Origin: Tortispora ganteri | Taxonomy: Eukaryota | DNA length: 64,000 nucleotides | Reading direction: 5' to 3' | Assembly: GCA_003707115.1 (NCBI GenBank) | Contig: PPNB01000004.1 | Coordinates: forward strand, 186,001 to 250,000 | Part shown: positions 48,517-58,985 of the stretch, piece after piece | Position numbering within the stretch: position 1 is the stretch's first letter | Layout of the letters: each line of letters opens with the position of its first letter | Translations under genes and position numbers: made by a program | The notes under the pieces: model-generated | Seen by the model: only the letters and a program-made list of their open reading frames with translations | Told to the model about the DNA's origin: nothing | The model's database searches: none

Positions 48517-49395
48517 TCAAAAAATTCTACCCAAAACAGATTTTATCTTATCGAGTGTAGAAGATTTCGCTTCAGAAGTAGTGACAGCTTTTTGAGTAAA
48601 CTGTCTTTTAGCAGGGGGTTCAAAAGTATCCATTTTAGGCTCATCAAACTCATTAGAATCATTATTACTTTCTCTAGCCCGCTTCTTCTTTTTAATAGCT
48701 TCAACTTCTTTAGCCTTTTCAACATTAGCGATGAAAGTTTTGTTGAGTTTAGTAGCGTGTGCCACTTCAGATCTTAATCTGGTCTGACGTACACGTGCTT
48801 CATATGCTGTTTGCTCAGTGAGATGGTGCCACTTAAATTTATGTAAATATTTCACATTAAGAATGTCATCGTGATAGAATGAGCTCTTCTTCCCGCCAAT
48901 AATATTTCCGTTGAGCGCCAAAGCAGCTGTTTTAGCATCTTTTTTGCGAACAAACTCCGCCCAACCTTCACTATAAGATTTTTTCTTATTACCACCATTT
49001 TTTACTCTAGCCTTGTAAGCTTTTGGATCTTCTGGTGCAAGATATATACGGTCGATTTCACCAAACCTAGATAGGATATGCCTAAGTTTAGCAGGCTTCA
49101 TGTAAGGTGGGATTCTGGATATGTAAACGACGCCAGACTTGGCAATTTTCTTTCTGACTTTTTCACTTTCTTCAGCTAGAGACTTGGTGTCATCTAATGC
49201 AAGGCTTTCCTCGAGTCGCAGCTGAGGTTTCAGTGCTTCGTATTGTTGTTTGATTCGATCTATTTCTGCATCGCTATAATCATCATCAGAGTCGAGAAGC
49301 TGCACCTTTTGTGTTTCTTCAATATCAACAGTCCGTACAAACTCATCATCAGAGTTATTATCAATGCCTAGCAGTTCATCGGCTTTAGAAGACAT
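48517..49395 (-). CDS. ESF2: Pre-rRNA processing RRM protein Esf2 (ABT1)
   Basis: ATG at 49395; GVVYISRIPPYMKPAKLR, EGWAEF, IIGGKK, NVKYLHKFKW. Confidence 0.95.
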   Translation of the reverse strand: MSSKADELLGIDNNSDDEFVRTVDIEETQKVQLLDSDDDYSDAEIDRIKQQYEALKPQLRLEESLALDDTKSLAEESEKVRKKIAKSGVVYISRIPPYMKPAKLRHILSRFGEIDRIYLAPEDPKAYKARVKNGGNKKKSYSEGWAEFVRKKDAKTAALALNGNIIGGKKSSFYHDDILNVKYLHKFKWHHLTEQTAYEARVRQTRLRSEVAHATKLNKTFIANVEKAKEVEAIKKKKRARESNNDSNEFDEPKMDTFEPPAKRQFTQKAVTTSEAKSSTLDKIKSVLGRIF

Positions 49396-49551
49396 GGTCA
49401 ATATAATGCAGGGTTCTATAATGAAGTTGTAATTTGTATTTGGTAAATGATGGTGAAATGCGCTACACCCAAAGAGGTGCACCAAAAGTTTAATTTTAAT
49501 TTTCCCACCCTTTTTTTTTCTTCTCGAGATAAATTAAATCAGACACTCATT

Positions 49552-50676
49552 ATGGCTAAGTCTAAGCATTCAAGGAAAACAGCTAACAGTTGGCGTAAGA
49601 ATATAGACATTAGCGAAATTGAGACTGCGTACGAAGAGTCTAATGTTGACTTAGGCTTTGAGATCGATACAGTTGGCGATGAAAAGCTCAAAAATGAAAA
49701 GAAACTGAAAGCTCATGAAATACTTTACGGCAATGACTCAGGGAATGCACCTGTGATTGGGCGCGTGAAGCCAGTCAAAATTATTAGTAAACCTTTGAAA
49801 AAAACTGTACAAAATGTCAATATGAAGAATATTACTGAAATGATGCGAAGATCAGGCAGAATTAAAGGTGCACTTCCTGATTTTCTAGACGATAGCACGA
49901 ATACCAACGAAACATATGATGCCTGGGGAACCACTGAATCCTCACAGAATAAACCGATGCCGCAGCCATATACACCAGCAAGTAAACCTCCTAAAAGTTT
50001 GAAACTCACAAGGCAACGATTTACCGAGTCAGACGATGCTGTTCTTATTGCGAAGGACGGCCTATCGTACAACCCTGCTGCGGAAGCTTGGAAAGCAGCT
50101 GTGGACGTAGAGCTGCAGATTGAACAAACGAAGGAAGTTGAACGGCAAAAGGAAGAAGAAATGAAGAAGAAAATTAAAGAGTTGATGGATCAAGAAGAAC
50201 GTGACTCTAACCCATCTGACTCGGAATCTGAATCAGAAACTATGTTAGACCAAGAACAAGACGATAAACTATCTATCAATCCGCCCGTTCAAGTCAAATT
50301 AAGAACAAAAGCTAAGTTGAATCGAATTGAAAAGCAGCGTCAAGAACGACTTTTAGCATTACAGAAACGAAGGGCCAAAGAAGCTGCAAAACGCTATGTG
50401 CCTTCGAGGAAAGCTACAGCTGTTGTGAAGGCTACTGTCAAACCATTAATCAAACACAAAATGGGCAAATATGAGGTGCCTGAAGAACCGTTGGCGATTA
50501 AATTATCTGATGAATTGACAGATTCTTTACGAAGATTGAAACCTGAAGGAGATCTAGCTACAGAACGATTCATACGGTATCAGCAACGAGGAATACTTGA
50601 AGCTCGTAGGCGTGTTCGCAGGAGTATTGCCCGTACTAAGACTACAGAAAAATGGGCTTATAAGGATATCAAATAA
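49552..50676 (+). CDS. NOP53: Ribosome biogenesis protein Nop53
   Basis: ATG at 49552; SRK..WRKNIDI, AIM-like FEID, GLSYNP, LSDELTDSLRRLKPEG, EKWAYKD. Confidence 0.93.
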   Translation: MAKSKHSRKTANSWRKNIDISEIETAYEESNVDLGFEIDTVGDEKLKNEKKLKAHEILYGNDSGNAPVIGRVKPVKIISKPLKKTVQNVNMKNITEMMRRSGRIKGALPDFLDDSTNTNETYDAWGTTESSQNKPMPQPYTPASKPPKSLKLTRQRFTESDDAVLIAKDGLSYNPAAEAWKAAVDVELQIEQTKEVERQKEEEMKKKIKELMDQEERDSNPSDSESESETMLDQEQDDKLSINPPVQVKLRTKAKLNRIEKQRQERLLALQKRRAKEAAKRYVPSRKATAVVKATVKPLIKHKMGKYEVPEEPLAIKLSDELTDSLRRLKPEGDLATERFIRYQQRGILEARRRVRRSIARTKTTEKWAYKDIK

Positions 50677-50910
50677 TTATCTAAAAATAATCACTGTTTT
50701 TTGCTGATGTACATTCACCGACAATAGTAAAGAGAACTTGCTCAGTTGTAAAGTTTCCTCACTAACCAGAGTCCGCTGTTACCGCCCCCTTTTCTTCCCG
50801 CCTGGCAATCCCAAAGTAATATTGACCCGTTTCTTCCTATCTTTTACATTCAATCATAATTGGTCTAGTTGTGCATTTATAATAGATATATTGACAGCTC
50901 TTTCTGCATA

Positions 50911-51513
50911 ATGTTTTCGATTCTTTTAAAGGTAAGTTTTAATGTAGCCCACATTGCTGTTTTGACTCTCTTTATCTAACCTATATAAAAAACTCAGCGA
51001 TTTCTATGTTGCATTCCACTTTCCACCGGCGCCGAACTTGTTGCATTGTTCGGCATGATAAATAACGCTTCAGGCTTATATGGTATTCTTTCTATTGTCA
51101 CTGGTCATAAATTTAATGCAGCACAACTGGTACTTAATATATTCAGTCTAATTAACTTGCCATTGTTTGTGTACGGCTTTCGAACAATACGCAAGCGAAA
51201 TGCTTCGGGAACAATTATATTCAGTTTTATATACCTTCTTCAGACCCTCTGGAGTCTTGCATTTACTATATATTTTTGCGTGATGTGGTTTCGAAATGCT
51301 AACTCGTCTGCTAGAAATTCTACACGTGCTTCATCTACCTCAAATCAAGGAATGACCATAAAAAATGAAGATGCTCTCTCGATATTCACCACAGTAATCG
51401 TCCTCTTAACGAAATTCTACTTCACACTTGTTGTATTCTCATATATGAAACTATTAGCTTCAAAAAGAAGGCAACAAGAAGACCTTGATTTATACCCAGC
51501 AGTCAACATTTGA
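50911..51513 (+). CDS. KEI1: IPC synthase regulatory subunit Kei1; exons 50911-50931 and 50998-51513
   Basis: 66-nt intron GTAAGT...TCTAAC...CAG (50932-50997). Spliced N-terminus MFSILLKRFLCCIPLSTGAELV..NNASGLYGILSIVTGH; four TM segments. Confidence 0.85.
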
Positions 51514-51657
51514 CCTACATTAATTATATCACTACAAGCCACGATCTAACATCTTAAAAAGAATATGATTTCATGCGCAGATAAACATGAAATTAATGCG
51601 TTATTATTTTCTTTTTTTCTTATTATCTAAAATAGCCTCTGAAGTGTGCTAGCACTT

Positions 51658-54600
51658 TCATGAAAAAAAGTATTGGCTCTTCAGAACCTGCGTAAGATCA
51701 AGATCTCCACGCTCAGGAATCTCTGGAAATTTCACTTGCCACGGAACTGTAATGCTGCCTTTCACCTTAGGAGCTGCACCTTCTTCTTCAGTAGCAGCTG
51801 ATGCTTCGTCCAAGAGCTCAATATCTTCATCCGACACTAGCGCGACCTCAGGTCCTTCTCCAGCATTCTCAGACGACTTTTTATGATGTTTCCTAGCCTT
51901 CGGTTTACCGGATCTCGAAGGAGATTTCATAATCTGCCCTGAAATTTCTTCAAATTCCACGTCAGACAAAATCGTAGATGCAGTAACCATATTTCTGCCC
52001 TTTTCTCTCTCTCCTTCCTCATGTGATTTGAGTAGCGACTCGCGTTCAGCTTCTAAAGCAAACCAATCTCTGAGATGCGGTATCCGTCCTATTCTCTCCT
52101 TCGTGTCTTTCGCTAACTGTTTCAGCTGCGCATATTTCGGGTGGGAGGGAACAATATTGATCGGGATATAATGAAATTCAGTGCGCTTCAAGAATTCCTT
52201 ATGTAACTTAGCCACTAAATCAGATGTATGCAATCGAACAAAACATGCGCGAATTTTGTCATTCATTTTTCCCACATCGCATGCATGTGTCCAGTAAGAA
52301 TCATGCACAGAAGCAAAAGATAAACCAGCCTCATGACATTCAATGGCGGTCATCATCATATGGGTAGCATCTAACGAGTGAATGAAGTTCGGCGGCAGCG
52401 CGCTAGCCTGCTTTCTGGAATCCGCAGAATTCAGCTGGTACGGATCAGACAAATACACCGTTTGTAGCCTTGTGACGACCTGTTCCTTTGTCATCTTTCT
52501 GTAAGGCTGAACAATAGGCAGTCCAAACGGAGTAGTCCACGTAACTGAACAGACAGATTTCGGAGCACGGCGTGTGTCAACAGCCTCCAAGCAGTCTTCA
52601 GTTGTCACTGATTTAGTAATAATACGCGCAGCAGCAACAAGCCAGTCTTGGATTTCATGCGCTCCATAAAAAAGCTCACGAATTGCTCCAAAAACTTTCT
52701 TTGTGACATAGATAGCACACATATACCGCTTTTCTTCAGGAATGCTATCAATTTCTTTCAATTGTCCGTTGATTTGCTCGCGAGCTCCAACAAATGTTAC
52801 ACCATACACACTTGTCATAACAGTTTGTTTAACCACTTTTCTGGTAATGTTATCAGCCATTAATGTTGCAAGCTCAGATATACCAGCACTTTTATGTTCA
52901 AGATCTTCCCTGATTGATGCGCGTACCATATCAGCGACTTTAGTGTAAACATCTCGCGGGATCTCCGCGGGCAGCAGGTTAACTTGATTAGCACCTTCGA
53001 TATCACCACCCAGCGCTGCATAGTGCTGCAAGCCATTGCAAGTTCCATCTTGATGTACAGGAAGTCTGGACTTGAACAGCGTAGGATCGGGGCACCTTAG
53101 AGCTTTCTCCAATTCCATACAAGCACCTAAGGTCTGAAAAGGTTTGTCAGCATATTTCCACCACATCTTCCCATTAAGAGGATTAGTCGCTGAGTCAACA
53201 ATCTCGGCAATGTGTTCATCAACAAATCGCACGCGATCGTCGAGACTCATTTTATCTTTTCCGAATAGGTTAGCAAGGTGAATCTTAAGCCAACGAAGTC
53301 CTTCAACTCCAAGTGTCTTAGGTTGCCAAAATACAAGAAGCGACCTCGTAAGATCATTTCCAAGATGGTTAAGCAACGGAGGAATTGGATAGGCACGACC
53401 TCTAAAATCAACATTATGAGGAAAGAAAAATCTTTCACCAATTAAAGACCTGGCTATCTCGAGTTTGTAATTCAAATCACATCTTTGAGAATGGTCACTT
53501 CTGTATTTGGACATCATCAAGCGGCATGTGCGAGCCCAGTCACGACGTTCCTGGGGAGATGCGCCTTCACCAGGTGATTTAGGAAGGTCCGGCTCGTCAC
53601 TAAGCTTTGCAGGAATATCTAAAAACTCTTCTCCTTTGTTCCATATTTGAGCAATCACCTCAAAGAGTGAACTATTAATCGTCCAAGGTGTCTCTCCAAG
53701 AATAGACACACTTTCTAAAATTTTATCCATAGTACCATTTTCAATTGCAGTTTGAATATACACTTTTTGTTCGATTGATACTGTGCGAACAAGTTCGTTC
53801 GGTGCAGTCAAATAACCACCAGTGACATTACTGGTCCATGGAAGAGGCTTAACTAGCATCGGAAGCAGCTGAGGGTTTGCACTCTGTTTCATGTCACCTT
53901 CGGCCAAGTATTTCAGTATTTCTGGATGCGGATTAATAACGCCAATCTTTCTTCCATTTCGATATATATATGAATGACTGAAAGCATCAATTTTTTTGGT
54001 CACAGATTCGTTAGTTACACTATCAAATCTCGTCACAGGGACCTTAACAACATCCATGACAATAGACATGACGAATGCACCAATTCTGACTTTCGTATCA
54101 GTAGTCCAAATCTTATCAAACGGATCAGCACTATCCTTGTGCTTTTTCACGATTGAGAGGAGTTGTCTATTTGATAGTGATTTTGTATCTCGGTTGGGAT
54201 TCCGCTTTGTATAGCGTACAACATGATATTCGAGATGGATAGCATCGCCAATAGCGTTTAAGACTCTTGAAGTTGATAGTTCTTCCGAACCCATAGCCAC
54301 AAGACGCAAGAGCTCCAATAAGGAGATGACACTAACTTGGTCTGTAGGAATCGCTGATAACAAACCTAAAACTTCATGCCTTGACTCGGTGTTGTTCATA
54401 ATACTTCGATCAGATGAAGTAGCTAACTCATCCCTAATCCTATCTAGCTCTTTTTCGATTCTGCTTGTGACAGCTTTATTCCAAGTATAAAGAAGCGTAT
54501 TTAACTTCTTCATCATTGGAAGCGATCCGCGTTCAATTGAAGCAGAATATTCTTCTTTCCAGCGTTCAGCAGCACTGTTTAGTGATGTCGTCTCCAACGC

Positions 54601-55773
54601 AATTTCACGACGGCGATTAAATGAGTCAAACACCTGTTCAAGAGGGGCCCGGGCTTCAGGTTCCAGAGTACTTGACATCTCCAGCAACTTCCAGTAGGTG
54701 CCCAATACGGCATCGGTGTCACGCTCGTCACCGAAAAATGGAATAGTTTTAGAGACTTGAGCTCTATCAGAGGAACTCAACTTATGCAATGCATCTTGTA
54801 TTTCTTGAGGAGCAAAGCTTACACCATCTGCGAGACCACCGAGCATGCTTTTAACGTATTTATAACCGACGCTTTCAACATCGTCCAGCTGTTCGATAAT
54901 TTCCTGTTTAGGGTCCAAAGGGCGCATTTCAGACTTATTGGAACATAAAGAAACAAGCGTAGGAAGTGTTCTATAAAGGTTATCGACATGTCGTTTGGGT
55001 TCTTCCGAAAGATCAGTCAGATCTGCCTGTGCGATTTCTCCAGAACGTATCACATCAGGAAGGCTATCCGGCGAGAGATAGAAAAGTTCTTCGATAATTG
55101 AATAGAGTGGTATATCTCTGGCTAAACTTGTAATCTGTATTTGCGAGCGTATAAATTCGTGCTTTTTGAGATCTGGTGCAAGTGTGCTAGCAGCCCATAG
55201 CAGAAGAGCGATAGTTTTGCTTGTAGGAATAAAATTTTTGTGATCTAAAGCTTCCTTAAATGTGTCTTCAATGATAGTGAAGTTAATATTAACTTCTATT
55301 AATCGAGTGATATATTCGTTGAAAAAAAGAGAGTACTCATCGTCAGTCATTGAGCTTCTCATGTTCTTGAGGATAACTTTTGCTCGATCAATGTTACCGT
55401 GCGAAAGGCAAGAACTTAAGACGTTAAGCAGTTTAAACCTATCATTTGCATCAAAAGAAGTACGTGATGCTGAAATATGTGAATTTTCTTTCTGAAGTTG
55501 TGAAAAGAATGAACTGTTGAAATTTTGAGATTCATTCATCGCTCGTTTTCTTTGCCTAGTTGCAAGCGAAGGGAATGCAAGACCGAAATCACCAAGTCTA
55601 TCTCTAGAAATAACTACAACATCCTCAGTAGATTGAGAGGTAGCTAGAGGTATTCTAAGACTGTGATCTATAGGTGTAGGATCAGAATGCGCTTGTGCGA
55701 TGCTCTTACGATACAATCCATTGTGAATTGCTCTTAGAGTAACTATTTTCGGCACCTTCACTGACTTCGGCAT
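51658..55773 (-). CDS. RPO41: Mitochondrial T7-type RNA polymerase
   Basis: PHNVDFRGRAYP, HQDGTCNGLQHY, RKVVKQTVMTSVYG, PPNFIHSLDA, FASVHDSYW, C-terminal YFFS; first ATG at 55773. Confidence 0.97.
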   Translation of the reverse strand: MPKSVKVPKIVTLRAIHNGLYRKSIAQAHSDPTPIDHSLRIPLATSQSTEDVVVISRDRLGDFGLAFPSLATRQRKRAMNESQNFNSSFFSQLQKENSHISASRTSFDANDRFKLLNVLSSCLSHGNIDRAKVILKNMRSSMTDDEYSLFFNEYITRLIEVNINFTIIEDTFKEALDHKNFIPTSKTIALLLWAASTLAPDLKKHEFIRSQIQITSLARDIPLYSIIEELFYLSPDSLPDVIRSGEIAQADLTDLSEEPKRHVDNLYRTLPTLVSLCSNKSEMRPLDPKQEIIEQLDDVESVGYKYVKSMLGGLADGVSFAPQEIQDALHKLSSSDRAQVSKTIPFFGDERDTDAVLGTYWKLLEMSSTLEPEARAPLEQVFDSFNRRREIALETTSLNSAAERWKEEYSASIERGSLPMMKKLNTLLYTWNKAVTSRIEKELDRIRDELATSSDRSIMNNTESRHEVLGLLSAIPTDQVSVISLLELLRLVAMGSEELSTSRVLNAIGDAIHLEYHVVRYTKRNPNRDTKSLSNRQLLSIVKKHKDSADPFDKIWTTDTKVRIGAFVMSIVMDVVKVPVTRFDSVTNESVTKKIDAFSHSYIYRNGRKIGVINPHPEILKYLAEGDMKQSANPQLLPMLVKPLPWTSNVTGGYLTAPNELVRTVSIEQKVYIQTAIENGTMDKILESVSILGETPWTINSSLFEVIAQIWNKGEEFLDIPAKLSDEPDLPKSPGEGASPQERRDWARTCRLMMSKYRSDHSQRCDLNYKLEIARSLIGERFFFPHNVDFRGRAYPIPPLLNHLGNDLTRSLLVFWQPKTLGVEGLRWLKIHLANLFGKDKMSLDDRVRFVDEHIAEIVDSATNPLNGKMWWKYADKPFQTLGACMELEKALRCPDPTLFKSRLPVHQDGTCNGLQHYAALGGDIEGANQVNLLPAEIPRDVYTKVADMVRASIREDLEHKSAGISELATLMADNITRKVVKQTVMTSVYGVTFVGAREQINGQLKEIDSIPEEKRYMCAIYVTKKVFGAIRELFYGAHEIQDWLVAAARIITKSVTTEDCLEAVDTRRAPKSVCSVTWTTPFGLPIVQPYRKMTKEQVVTRLQTVYLSDPYQLNSADSRKQASALPPNFIHSLDATHMMMTAIECHEAGLSFASVHDSYWTHACDVGKMNDKIRACFVRLHTSDLVAKLHKEFLKRTEFHYIPINIVPSHPKYAQLKQLAKDTKERIGRIPHLRDWFALEAERESLLKSHEEGEREKGRNMVTASTILSDVEFEEISGQIMKSPSRSGKPKARKHHKKSSENAGEGPEVALVSDEDIELLDEASAATEEEGAAPKVKGSITVPWQVKFPEIPERGDLDLTQVLKSQYFFS

Positions 55774-56069
55774 AATGAAACAAAACTGCAAAGTACAAAT
55801 ATATATATATTAATGATTAACAGTAAACCAAAAAAGTAGAAAGTTTCTCAGAAACGAGAAATATTTATTTGAATGCGTCGTTTGCTATATATTTTTCTTT
55901 CACACTTGTATAAATTTGCAAAGTTGGGAGTTCCCGGAACGCTTCCAAGAAGAAAAAAAGCCCTAAATAAGGTTTTAAAGTTTAACAAGTATACTTCATA
56001 TAGAGCTTTTCGTATGCAATTGTTTTGTACGACTAAGCTATCATAATTTAGTAATCATAGCTAAAAAGT

Positions 56070-58190
56070 TTACCAGACATCTTCCTGATATCTGTTTTGC
56101 ACTCTCAAAGATTTGACCACTTCCTCAGCTTCAGACTCGGTGATACCTTTGTATTTAGCAATGATAGTAGCCAAAGTATGAGAAACGTCTCGAGCCATAT
56201 GAGATGCATCTCCACAGACATAGAAATTAGCTCCTTCGTCTATATACTTGCATACAAGTTCACCATACTCAAGTAGTTTGTGTTGCACGTAAACTCTATC
56301 CTTTCCTACGCGCGAGAACGCAGTTATAAGTTTGAACTTATCACCTAATTGCTCTCCAATTTCATTCCACTCTTCCTGGTAGAGGAAGTCTTGTTCAGGA
56401 TGCCTTGATCCAAAGAACAAAATCATAGGTCCAACTGGTGTCCCATTTCGTGCTTGATTTGCTCTTTCATGAACAAAACCCCTAAACGGAGCAACACCAG
56501 TTCCAGGGCCTATCATGATAACCGGTTTAGTGGGGTCTGTAGGCAACTTGAAGTTTGATCGGCGGATATGTACAAGCATTTTCAATGTATCAGAAGATTT
56601 GTCAGCCAAATACCCTCTAGGTCCTTCGTGCTGATAATCAACCTTAAATTTATCATTATCAACAGTATTGCTTAAAAGGTGCTTAAGCTTCTTAATATAA
56701 TTTGTAGCAACTCCTTTCAGCGGCTCTTTTCGTCCTGGGATACGAATCGACTCCACAACAGCAGTGATGCTGAATTTCTTTTTGTCAACTTGGGATGAAG
56801 ATGAAATCGAATAATATCGCGGTTGCAATCGGGGTAACGTTTCAATCATGATAGTGAAGGGTATCTTATCCCAAGGCTGTCCATTACTGCACAATAATAA
56901 CGTCTGCGCAATATTTAAAAACTGAGAACTAATTTCTTCTTGAAAGAGGTCCTTATCGCTAGAGAGTCTAAACGCTTCCTTTTTTGCTTCAGGTGTTGGT
57001 GCAAACCCGAGTAACGTAGAGAGAAACTGTCTCGAACAAGGCCCATTAATTTCCAAGTAGTATCTAACAGTATCCTCGTATGTAGTTGGAACAGGGAAAG
57101 GCACTTTGGCGGTAGGGTCTGTGGCTTTGATAGTATAGGCAGTACTTTTCTTATCTAAGAGTCCCAAAACCATGAGGAGCCGTTCAACTTCTGTTTCATT
57201 GTTGGGGGCCCAGACAGCAGCATGATCTCCTGTGACATAAGTAAGATTACTTCCTGTAAGGTCAATATCCATATGAATACAGCTTCGGTCCTTGGCGTTA
57301 AAAAGTTCTCTAGTTGCGACAATCTTAGCGGGAAATGGATTGTGAGCAGAGTGTGCACCAAGTGATTCCGAAGTAGTGTTATGAAGCAAATGATTTTTAT
57401 TCGGCTCACCATGGTAAACTGAATCATCAGAAACTTCATCAAGTTCAGTCAGTTCAAGAGAAGGCTGATATACGTATTCTTTCTCCTTGAGGTTGAATTC
57501 AGAAGTAGCAGCGGTCCATAATTCTTCCTTCCACGCAAGATAATCTTCTTCCATAGTTCCCGCGCCTTCATCACCTTCGCCAGAAGGACCTACGCGAGAA
57601 GCACCTAAAGCAAGAAGAGCTTTATTCACCAGCCTAGAACAGTGATTGTAATGTTCGTAAGTGTTGTTTCCTAAGCCGAATATCGCGTATTTTAGATTTG
57701 AAAGAGGGCTTTCATCTGCAGATTGCCCATTTGCAAACGTAACATCTTCACCGGTAATAAAATTGAAAAACAACTCAGCGTTGTCTGTGGGTTCACCTTC
57801 ACCATATGTAGCCAAAACAAAAGCAACAAACTTATCAGAGGGGAGTTCATTGAGGTTGGACAAATCGTACTCCTCGAGGTCTGCCACCATGGCAGGGAGG
57901 CCGAATCTAGCTGTTGCTTCTTTGGCCAGACGATTAGCATAATCTTCTGCTGTTCCAGTTTGAGAGCCAAAAAAGATTACCATAGTCTTGTCTGTTTCTT
58001 CCATAGTTTTTATAATATTTCCTTCTGCCTCTTCTGCTGAAGTGCCTATGCTATTGTACATTTCTTCTGGAGAAGGTGTCTTACCCCATAGTCGTCCTTT
58101 GGTTAGAAAACCGAGTGTCAGTATAAGAATGATAATTAGCACAGATATATCATAAACATCGAATGCAGATTCAACATTGGCGTCCGTCAT
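56070..58190 (-). CDS. NCP1: NADPH-cytochrome P450 reductase
   Basis: N-terminal anchor; FFGSQTGTAE, ATYGEGEPTDNA, FGLGN, RYYSISSS, MIGPGTGVAPFRGF, YVCGDA, RYQEDVW. Confidence 0.98.
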   Translation of the reverse strand: MTDANVESAFDVYDISVLIIILILTLGFLTKGRLWGKTPSPEEMYNSIGTSAEEAEGNIIKTMEETDKTMVIFFGSQTGTAEDYANRLAKEATARFGLPAMVADLEEYDLSNLNELPSDKFVAFVLATYGEGEPTDNAELFFNFITGEDVTFANGQSADESPLSNLKYAIFGLGNNTYEHYNHCSRLVNKALLALGASRVGPSGEGDEGAGTMEEDYLAWKEELWTAATSEFNLKEKEYVYQPSLELTELDEVSDDSVYHGEPNKNHLLHNTTSESLGAHSAHNPFPAKIVATRELFNAKDRSCIHMDIDLTGSNLTYVTGDHAAVWAPNNETEVERLLMVLGLLDKKSTAYTIKATDPTAKVPFPVPTTYEDTVRYYLEINGPCSRQFLSTLLGFAPTPEAKKEAFRLSSDKDLFQEEISSQFLNIAQTLLLCSNGQPWDKIPFTIMIETLPRLQPRYYSISSSSQVDKKKFSITAVVESIRIPGRKEPLKGVATNYIKKLKHLLSNTVDNDKFKVDYQHEGPRGYLADKSSDTLKMLVHIRRSNFKLPTDPTKPVIMIGPGTGVAPFRGFVHERANQARNGTPVGPMILFFGSRHPEQDFLYQEEWNEIGEQLGDKFKLITAFSRVGKDRVYVQHKLLEYGELVCKYIDEGANFYVCGDASHMARDVSHTLATIIAKYKGITESEAEEVVKSLRVQNRYQEDVW

Positions 58191-58767
58191 GATTACAAGT
58201 TAAGATAGGGAAATGACCTGATATTTATCGTCTCTTGATAAAATAGCCGTGAACTGGGACTTATGTATACTTTGTTGAATAGGTTGTATAAGTCACTAAA
58301 CAGATTTGTAGTTGAGGTGAAACTCTGTCACTATCTCTATGTTTTTATATAAAGAATATGAAGGTATTGATTTAACACGTTCAGAATGCCACGATATAAT
58401 ACTTCTTAACAATATAGCGTGTGCAGAACAGAAAGACTGTTGTTGACTTTAGGGGGGTACTCGGAAAAGAATAGACTTTCTATAAACCGCTAAATATTCC
58501 GACTTGGTTGCTATAGGTTTCCGAAATTCGAGGGGTTCGCGATTTCGATGAGAACTAGATACAGCGCTTAGCTTGCATCTCTGTAGTTTTTAACTGTCTT
58601 TTAGCGCGCTTTACGCTGATATAGCCTCTTTAAACAATATATGAGTATGTGCCCCATTACTTTTGTGGCAATGCGATGAACAATTAGCACATACGTTATA
58701 TTGTGAGAACCGAACGACCCACAGGGCATGGTACTGACTGAAGGATGAAAGCTAATGCAACATAACC

Positions 58768-58774
58768 TATACGA
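58768..58774 (-). promoter_or_regulatory. Possible Upc2/Ecm22 sterol-response element in the NCP1/TAO3 divergent promoter
   Basis: TATACGA = TCGTATA on the minus strand, about 580 bp upstream of NCP1; single site. Confidence 0.35.
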
Positions 58775-58985
58775 TTAAAATAATTCAATGAATTTGTGGA
58801 TAATGTGATGAATTTTGTAGATGTACGTATCTATCTTATATCGAAATAAAAGGGGTGCATCATAGTAGCTCAAAAATTAGCTCGCCGATAGGTGATCACT
58901 TGGGAACATACAGGTTACATTGACACTAAAACTCACCCCCTAGCACCACTCAAACTAGGACTTGCAGCTTCTCTTTATTATTTCA

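Noticed and set aside
51658..55773. Phage or linear-plasmid RNA polymerase insertion
   Set aside because: Long N-terminal extension, YFFS end and housekeeping context match nuclear RPO41.
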